A program made the position numbers and the translations under genes. From positions 63,798,001 through 63,862,000 of the forward strand of contig OX597816.1 in assembly GCA_951406725.2 (NCBI GenBank): a stretch of DNA of 64,000 nt, read 5' to 3'. Shown here piece after piece: positions 54,196 through 64,000 of the stretch (position 1 is the first letter of the stretch; every line of letters begins with the position of its first letter). Origin of the DNA: Octopus vulgaris. Lineage: Eukaryota. A model generated the notes under the pieces. That model had not been told where the DNA came from and did no database searches. It worked only from the letters and a program-made list of their open reading frames with translations.

Positions 54196-56844
54196 AATTA
54201 ATCTTTTAGTGTTTCTAAAATCAGTTACGGTTATAGTTTTGGGCTCGTGAACACCGTGTCTTTGCTGTTGAGAATATTCGTCAACTTGTAAAGCATGACA
54301 AGCTTTTTGCTGTACGAGTATTTTCTCTTTGGTAGAACTAAACTAGAAACGTTATATGGTTTATTGTGTTTTAATATTTATTCACAATTTGCAATTTTAA
54401 TCAGGTATATTTTTTGTTTCTTGTCTATATTCATTAATTCAGCCAGTCAAAATAATGTTTCTGTCTTTTGTCTGAAACTTATGAGACATTGTTACCTTTC
54501 TTTCGTATTTGCTTATTTTTGCTATGTCTAGTCTTAAAGGGTATTGGCGGTATTTAATTATTCGTGAAGTTAGTCTATCACCCGAAGGAGCTTGCAGTTT
54601 CCTCATTTGGAAAATAAAATATATGGAAATATAAATTGGAAGACAATGGTAATGAAAACTATAGTGAATTTGTTTCAGTACCTTTTCCCACTCCTAATAA
54701 AACAACTAGAATTCCTTGCTAAAGTCGTTATGAATTAAGTCTGTGAATATACTTTGTGTACACGCTCCAAGTTACCAGGTTCTTTTCATCTGAGCGTCAA
54801 CAGATATTGTTTTTTCAAGGTGAAACTTTTAGCTCTGCATATGGTGAAATTGGAAACTGGTTATCTTCTGAATGCCTATGAAGCTTAATTTTTTAAGAAT
54901 ATTTCTTTGATTTTGTATCAAGTTTTTCGCCTGATAACAATGCACTGATGCTGTACGCAATTAAAGAACCTCTCAGTAAATCACGTTTCACATTAAAAAT
55001 TTAAAAGAAAAGTGTGAACTAACACTTCGTCTATGTAAATGCATCTCGTGAATTTTTTTTTATTCATAAAGAGGCTAACGTATCTTAGAAACGGAAATAC
55101 CCCGAAGAAACGTCGGTTTCATTACTGCATCACTGACGCTAAAAGAAAAAGAAATAACTAATGTGAAATCTTTAAAATTTTTTAATCTTATAATCATCCT
55201 GTAGGGTGTTACGTTTTGTTTTAATCTAATCTGAAATCTTAAGATGGGCATTGTTATATATTTTTATTGTCATCTTAAGGTGACGAACGCCGTTCAGATC
55301 TCACGAAATATTGATTTATTTATTCGATTTGAATCAGTTGGCTTGAGGGTCTTGATCTTTAGGATTTGAATTAAATACCATTGCGTTTCATTAAGTAGAA
55401 TATTTAATCATAAGACGTCTCATATACCATTTATTCGTTACGAATTGAAGCTATTTCCCTAAATTTACTAATGACCTACATGGAGGCTTGGACATAATAA
55501 CACACATAGTAATGTGTGTGTATATGTGTGTGTGTGTGTATGTGTGTGCATGTTTGTCTCTCCAACACTATTCCGATGAAATTATGAAACGTATTTCCTT
55601 GCTAATGGTAAGGAAATAATGGTATCCAAGGTTTTAGAATTAATATATTTTATTACACTTATGCATTTCTAAAGATCATTAATAAAGGCAACATAAATTT
55701 AAGATTTTAGGATATAAGAGCCGAAGGATATGTGGCTGCTATTTCTTAAAGTTCATACAAAAGTTCGGTTTTCCTGTCGATGGTTACAGCTAAGACGTTC
55801 TTTGTGCGTGGCGTACTTATTAGAACGTTCTGCTCACGATCGATTTCTGGCGGCGCATTCTGTTCTCGAACAAGACACTTTATTTCACGTTGCTCCGGTC
55901 CATTTAGCTTGCAAAAATGAGCTGTAGCTATAATTCAAAAGGCCAGCCATCTTTGGTACAATTTCTGTGTATCACTGAATATTCGTGAGAACTGCATTAA
56001 TCGTACATGGGCTTGTAGGGTGCTCAGCCTCTTACATGTTCATTTTTACGAGTAAACTGAACTGTCGATCGGATCAACTTGTTCAATCATCGTCGTAATC
56101 GATGGAATACCAGATTACTTTTCAACCATGGATCGGCGTATCAGTCCCATCAGATTAAAACAGGTTTTAATGGCGCTGAATAGGTCTGTGGATGGAAGGC
56201 TTCAATCTGTGTATTGTTGTCTAGCAGGAACCACGTTGCTGAATGCGACGTAATTTTGATAACGACTGCGTTTGTGTATGTGCGTGTGTGTACATGCACA
56301 TGTGTGCGTGCGTGCATGTTTGTGTATATGTGTGTGTGTTTGTGTGCGCGCGTGTTCGTGTGTGCGTTTATGTGTGTGTGTGTGCGTGAGGGTGTGTGTA
56401 TATATGTGTGCAGGTATGCGTGTGTACATGTGTGTATATGTGTCTATGTGCGTGTGTATATGTGCGCATGTGTGCGTGCGTGCATGTTTGTGTATGTGTG
56501 TGTATATGGTTGTGGATATGTGTGTGTGCTTGTGTGTGCGCACGTGTGCGTGTGTATGTTTGTATGTGCGTGCGTGTGCGTTCGTGTGTGTCTGTATATA
56601 TGTGTATGCACGTATGCGTGTGTGCGTGTGTGTATATGTGTGTGCGTATGTGCATATGTGTGTGTGTGTGTGTGTACGTGCGTGCGTGCGTGTGGGTATG
56701 ATTCCTGCATATGATGTAGGGTTTCCGATTTCGAAAGCCTTGGATTCGTTTGTGTATATATATCAGCGACTATGGACTCTAACGTATTCCTACATGTTTA
56801 GACCCTGCGATGCGTCGTTTGTAGGAAATTTGATTAGGTATTAA

Positions 56845-56993
56845 AGTGGCTATGTGGTAAGTAGCTTGCTTACAAACCACATGGTTCCGGGTTCAGTCCC
56901 ACTGCGTGTCACCTTGGGCAAGTGTCTTCTAAGATAGCTTCGGGCCAACCAAAGCCTTGTGATTGGATTTGGTAGACGGAAACTAAAAGAATC

Positions 56994-57029
<36 letters not shown>

Positions 57030-57169
57030 AGAGTTTACGAAAAAAAGACGAAGACAGGTGGTGTACAAAACAAACAGATGTATTAGTATAACGCTCAGGA
57101 ATAGAAAAAGTCTTTTAGGTTTCGAACCTACGCTCTTCTACAGAAAGGGACACAAAAAAACACAAAGAG

Positions 57170-57210
<41 letters not shown>

Positions 57211-57445
57211 GTATGTGTGTGTGTGGGTGTGTGTATCCGTGTTTATCCCCCCATCATGGCTTGACAACAGATGCTTGTGTGGTTACGTCCCCGTAACTTA
57301 GCGGTTCGGCAAAAGAGGCCGATAGAATAAGTACTAGGCTCACAAAGAATAAGTCCTGAGATCGATGTGCTCTACTAAAGGCGGTGCTTCAGCATGGCTG
57401 CAGTCAAATGACTGAAACAAGTAAAAGAGTAAAATAGTAAAGAGT
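56845..57445 (+). mobile_element. SINE family A copy interrupted by a Penelope repeat
   Basis: Family A head and tail with a 57027-57172 insertion in its (TA)n. Confidence 0.85.
57027..57172 (-). repeat. Solo Penelope terminal repeat inserted into the (TA)n of a SINE
   Basis: gggagagtttacgaaa...tttcgaacctacgctcttctacagaaagg, between (TA)n runs inside the SINE at 56845-57445. Confidence 0.8.
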
Positions 57446-58092
57446 TAGCTTGATTAGACTAACGCTGGTGTCAGTGTATATATCGGGGATATAAGCACTA
57501 AGGTGCACTTTAAATGCAAGAGTATGCGATTTCAAAAGCACCTATTTTCAGCGGTTCGGTCTACCATGTTGATACACCTCTTGTAGTTGTTGTCCAGTGA
57601 AGGGATAAATTTGATCGATCAAACTTGATTTGTATACAGAACTATTATAGCCTGCTCAGTTTTATATTTAAGAAATGAGCAATTATGTACATTATTGACA
57701 TTATTTTCATTATTTACATTCAACGGGTATTTGTCCTCATCTTGCTTGTTTTTAATACAACGTTTAGTGGAGATACATGGCCTAGTGTTTAGAGCAGTGG
57801 ACTCGCAGTCGAGGAATCGCGGTTTCGAATCTCAGACCGGGCGATGTTTGAGTTTATGAGCGAAGCACCTAAGCACCACGCGGCTCCGGCAGAAGGTAAT
57901 GGAGAACTTCTGCTGGCTCTTTCGCCACAAATTTCCCTCACTCTTTCCTCCTGCATCTTGCAGCTCACGTGCGACAGACCAGCTTCCCGTCCAGGTGGGC
58001 AAGCTATACGCCAAGGAAACCGGAAACCGGCCCTTATGAGCCTGGCGTGGCTCGAGAAGGAACAAACAACACAGCGTTTCGGCTGATATACC

Positions 58093-58325
58093 TATTTCTT
58101 TACTACCCACAAGGGGCTAAACACAGAGAGGACAAACAAGGACAGACAAGCGGATTAAGTCGATTATATCGACTCCAGTGCGTAACTGGTACTTAATTTA
58201 TCGACCCCGAAAGGATGAATGGCAAAGTCGACCTCGATGGAATTTGAACTCAGAACGTAACGGCAGACGAAATACCGCTAAGCATTTCGCCCGGCGCGCT
58301 AACGATTCTGCCAGCTCACCGCCTT
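58093..58325 (-). mobile_element. Young SINE family B copy with target-site duplication
   Basis: Full copy flanked by atatacct on both sides, inside a Penelope terminal repeat. Confidence 0.85.
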
Positions 58326-58629
58326 TTATATACCTTCGAGCCTTCTTTGGGGAAATTTCGAACCTGGGTTCTCATTCCTAAGGTATTTTTCGATGTTGTT
58401 ATTATTATTATTATTATTGTTATTATTATTATTGTTCTGGTCACTGCTTGGAATCGAACTCAAACACAATACACGATAATATATGTATGCGTGTATGTGG
58501 TTTGGGTGTGTATATGTAGTGTGCTTATAAATGTGTGATTGCATGCAAGTATTGAAAACAGAAATCGCCGTCTTTCCGACGACCAATTCCACTTAACTTT
58601 CTTAGCAATGAGTTTTTGTGTGTGTGTTT

Positions 58630-58688
<59 letters not shown>

Positions 58689-59341
58689 CGAATATGATAA
58701 CTTGGGCGAAACATCGGAGTCACTGTCAGTACTATTATTGTTAAAGAATAATAAATTTCTTCTCTACGAAGGTATCGAGTAATCCTTCAGTTTAATGTAA
58801 AACTGTTTTTATTATAAGTTAGCATAAAAACAAAAATTTATATATATATACACACACACCTTCACGTTTGTGTATGTACTCGTGTGTGTGTGTGTGTGTG
58901 TGTGTGTATGTATGCTGCTGTGTGTATTTTTTATGTGTTTATCTAATAAGAACACTGATAGAGATAGAAACAATGTAAAGCAGATAAAAAGCCATACATA
59001 AAGTTAACATACAGGAAAACAGAGAAAGCGAAAGACAAAGAGAAAGAGAGAGGGGAAGTAGGTAGATAGATAGATAGATAGATAGTTAGACAGACATACA
59101 GATAGATAGACAGAGTGTGAACAAGAGTGAGAGAGATAGATAGATAGTAAAATGGGAATGAATGGCTACATAAAGTTGTAAATGTAAACCGATAGAATTG
59201 CTATGCCAGAATTGCCAATTTCAATTACGTTGTCCGATGAAAATTCTCAGTATTTTGACATAAAATATCCTTCAGACAATATTTATACTCATTTGTACAA
59301 TATCTCTCATATATCACATACACACATAGGCATATATATAC

Positions 59342-59389
<48 letters not shown>

Positions 59390-59537
59390 GTATATATATA
59401 TGTATATATATATGCATACATATATGTATGTATATATGTATGTATATATATATATATGTATATATATGCATATATATGTATGAATATATATGTATGTATA
59501 TATATATATATACATATATATATATACATATATATAC

Positions 59538-59610
<73 letters not shown>

Positions 59611-60124
59611 TTCATACATTCATATATACACAAACACTATATATGCATCTTATGTACGTATGTATATATATATATATATATATATATTTTTATATATAAA
59701 TAAATATCGTCTTCATTTTATATCCATCATAATATATACAAAGGCTTAAATTTTAGATTTCCTAAGACTTCTTTCCAAATTTTTCACTCATTCTTTAATT
59801 TATTCATTCATTCATCATTCTTTCATTGATTCATTCGTTCATTCATTCTTTTTATTATCTATTAGAAAGTGAATATGATGATGACATATTATGGCTTCAC
59901 ATTGATTCCATGGTTTATGGATTCCTGCCAACATTTTGCAATTGTTATATTTCTAAAGCATTATCTTCAGGGAATATATTCCCAATATAATAGTAGAAAT
60001 AAAACAAAGGAAATTGTCTATTTCTCTCATAACGTTAGTATCTATCTATCTATTTATCTATCTGTCTATCTGTCTCTCTGTATGTCCATTTATCTGTGCA
60101 TCTGTCTCTCCATCTGTCTCTCTT

Positions 60125-60199
<75 letters not shown>

Positions 60200-60313
60200 G
60201 CTTGTCTTCCGATATTTAACTAGCTATTTACTAATATACATGTTTCAACACGTACACATGCACACAGGTACATACAAACATACATACGTACATATACACG
60301 CGCACACAGACAG

Positions 60314-60345
<32 letters not shown>

Positions 60346-60354
60346 GTACATATA

Positions 60355-60437
<83 letters not shown>

Positions 60438-60901
60438 ATGCATATACATACACACAGACGCACACCAACGCACATACACAAGCACGCACACAGTGTCTGC
60501 TTGCTCCTGCTTTCCTCACTTTCAATATTTTCTTTTCGGCCATATTCTATAATCCGCTTCTTTCTCTATCTCGTTCGCACCCTCTCCCCACTCACTCTCT
60601 CTTATGTTCTGTCGTTTACACTCACACACAAAAGCTCATGGTCTACAATACTACAACATACAAAGATCACACACACACAAACGTGTATTTGTTCTTCAAC
60701 CACTTCACATTTACTGATTATGTATGAAATACCAATACATTCACACATACGTACATAGATACATACATACACAACCACACACATGTATGGAGAGATAGAT
60801 GGATAGAAAGATAAATAGAAGGATAATTAGGTACATATATAGATAGATAGGTAGATATATAGATAGATAAATAGATAACTAGGTAGCTATACAGATAGTA
60901 A

Positions 60902-60937
<36 letters not shown>

Positions 60938-60965
60938 ATAGATAAATAGATAGATAGATAGATAA

Positions 60966-61105
60966 GTTTCTTTATTGGCCACACAGGCTGCACACAGATG
61001 GGACAAGTTACAAAGTAGAGCTTTTCTTTTGGGGGATGAAGAGAACAAAAAACAAAAGAAAAAAAAGGGGTGGCGTAGGTTTTCGATCAAGAGGGATCGT
61101 AAAAG
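60966..61105 (-). repeat. 3' UTR fragment of the same LINE as 63055-63443, within (TAGA)n
   Basis: Reverse complement of about 63325-63440 (gatccc.ttgatcgaaaacctac...aagctctactttgtaa..tgtccc.tctgtgtgcagcc..tgtgtggc.aataaagaaa). Confidence 0.8.
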
Positions 61106-61169
61106 GGAACAAAAGAACAAAAACAAAAAAAATATGAATAAAATAAAAAGAATAAAAAGAATAAAAAAG

Positions 61170-61224
<55 letters not shown>

Positions 61225-61229
61225 TGATG

Positions 61230-61314
<85 letters not shown>

Positions 61315-62070
61315 TTTGAGGGATAGAGAGATAGATAACCAGATAGATAAATTGATGGATAGATAGATAGGTAGATAAATAGACAGACGGAGAGACAGAT
61401 ACTCAGATAGATGGACAGACAGACAGAGATTCAGACAGGCAGATAGACAGATAGATAAGTAGATAGATAGTTAGATAGATAGATACTAACATTAATATAT
61501 AAATATCTCTTCTCTTCTACTCTTCTTTACAATTTCTGAAATCTCAATAATTATTCTTGCATTTCCATTCCACATAACCTTCTTTATTACCAATCTTTAC
61601 TTCATGTTCATCTCCATTTTAACATACCTCTACCAGCAACTCCTCATTCCTCACAGACTCCCATACCTTTCAATCACTAGATTACTTTCTCCTTTCACTC
61701 TACCATATATTCAGTATCTCTCTTTTCATATCACTTTCATATCTCTTTCTTCATATAATTTTCTTTCCCTGGCACCCTTTCGCTCTTAGTCTATATTTTA
61801 TATGACTCCATACACCCAATTTCCTTTTACACCTTGGCACTTTCCGTCTCTTATATTTTCTCGTAATATAATAGTAATATAATTCTTTCATTCGTTGGGT
61901 TATTTCGCTTTTCTCATTTACTACATGTTCTTACATACCGTATTACCTGGAATAGCCTTGTCATTTCTTCCGCCTCTTTTGTTTCTCTAACTTTTCCACT
62001 GTTTTCTCATTTCCTTACAATTTGTCGCCCTATATGTTTCAATTCACATTTACTATCATATATATATATA

Positions 62071-62582
<512 letters not shown>

Positions 62583-63054
62583 TATTCTATGTACATATAT
62601 ATGCTTATACTTTAGCACGTCTATGTCTTGGCTTCATCCTGAACCTCATATATAACTCTTCTTTCTCTGACTTCAATATCGCTATTAATACCTTTTTTCT
62701 ACATGAAACTACCTAACGTGTATGCAATCATACCTTGATTTTTTTCCTACGCCTCCCTTGTTTTCTTGCCTCTCGTTCTCTTTCTCCTTCTTCCTCCATG
62801 TCCATTATTTCTTCTTCGGCCATTACAGCTATTCCGTCGTTTCTTCTTTATAATAGAGATGTTCTAAAAGAGATAGACATTCTCTAACGAGTAACATGAA
62901 AGACAGTTATTCGCCAACACAATTCAGAACATGATTTCCACTTGCAATATATACTTAGAATGAGTTCCTACATCGCCTATTAATTCGATATTAACAATGG
63001 AAACACATACACACAAACACACACAACATAATCTATCTATCTATCCTCTCTCTT

Positions 63055-63443
63055 GAAAAGTATCACTTGAAAAGGAAAGTGAGAGTAGAGGGGCAAGTTT
63101 TGTCTAGCGAATGTTTTAAAAAAAGATGGGTGAATGTAGCAAGGATGGTACGTATGAATGACGAAGCCACCCGGAAATTTAAAACAGAGGGTTACCTACT
63201 TGCAAACTAATATGGTAATATGTAACAATATTGACCGAGGTTACCGTGGTCTTTTCCGTAGGCTTTTCTTAGCACGGATAAACCTTATCTGCTTCCCCCT
63301 TTACACCTTACATCATGACACTGTGATACACGATCCCTTTTGATCGAAAACCTACCCCACCCTTTTTTTCCCCCAAAAAGAAAAGCTCTACTTTGTAATC
63401 TGTCCCGTCTGTGTGCAGCCCTGTGTGGCTAATAAAGAAACAT
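63055..63443 (+). mobile_element. 3' end of an L1/Tx1-like LINE beside (TCTA)n
   Basis: KYHLKRKVRVEGQVLSSECFKKRWVNVARM, then a 3' UTR ending ctgtgtgcagccctgtgtggctaataaagaaa. A second copy of the UTR is at 60966-61105 on the minus strand. Confidence 0.6.
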
Positions 63444-63490
63444 ATCTATCCTCTCTCTTGCTCTCCCTCTCTCTCTCTCTCTTTCTTTCT

Positions 63491-63529
<39 letters not shown>

Positions 63530-63537
63530 AGAAAGAG

Positions 63538-63620
<83 letters not shown>

Positions 63621-63622
63621 GT

Positions 63623-63669
<47 letters not shown>

Positions 63670-63880
63670 CGGGAAGCTTTATGAAAATAGACAAAAGACG
63701 AAGGCAGGTGGAAAACAAACAAACAATTGTATTAGTATGGCGCTCAGGAAATATAAATAAAACAAGTCTTTAACGTTTCGAGCCTACGCTCTTCAACAGA
63801 AAGATACACAGAGAGAAAAAAACACAGAAAGAAGGAGAGAAAAAAATGCGTGCAGCAACTAACGAATCAACATGGCGATC
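63670..63880 (-). repeat. Solo Penelope terminal repeat between (TA)n tracts
   Basis: Reverse complement of 63767-63804 is TCTTT CTGTTGA A GAGC GTAG GCTC GAAAC GTT AAAGA. Confidence 0.8.
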
Positions 63881-63899
63881 TATATATATATATATATAT

Positions 63900-64000
<101 letters not shown>

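Noticed and set aside
56202-56844. Long Cys/Val/His-rich ORFs (up to 190 aa), and similar YI/LSIY/poly-I/poly-N ORFs across the window
   Set aside because: They are translations of degenerate (TG)n, (TA)n, (TCTA)n and (AAT)n microsatellites and are open in several frames; not credible proteins.

Overview
AT-rich eukaryotic DNA saturated with microsatellites, i.e. (TA)n, (CA)n, (TAGA)n, (AAT)n and (CATA)n, and with tRNA-derived SINEs. The SINE families look like those of cephalopods (Octopus); this is inferred from recognition, not from a search. I can support no intact host gene. Most ORFs in the track are translations of microsatellites or SINEs. Supported features: (1) a near-full-length, frameshifted RLE-type non-LTR retrotransposon (R4/Dong-like, about 45961-49645) inside (TAA)n, plus three other RLE 3' fragments; (2) two Penelope-like (GIY-YIG) families whose terminal repeats carry minimal hammerhead-ribozyme motifs, one of them with a consistent non-canonical CUGUNGA core in six copies; (3) RTE and L1/Tx1 remnants, a Tc1/mariner deletion derivative, Tigger-like and foldback MITEs, and a non-autonomous Helitron; (4) a long inverted-repeat pair and a 501-bp tandem duplication. 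More tentatively, the unique non-repeat islands from 55 kb to 2.4 kb give decayed LRR/LRRCT/TIR-like peptides, always on the minus strand, suggesting a fossil LRR-receptor locus. All translations and structure predictions were done by eye.
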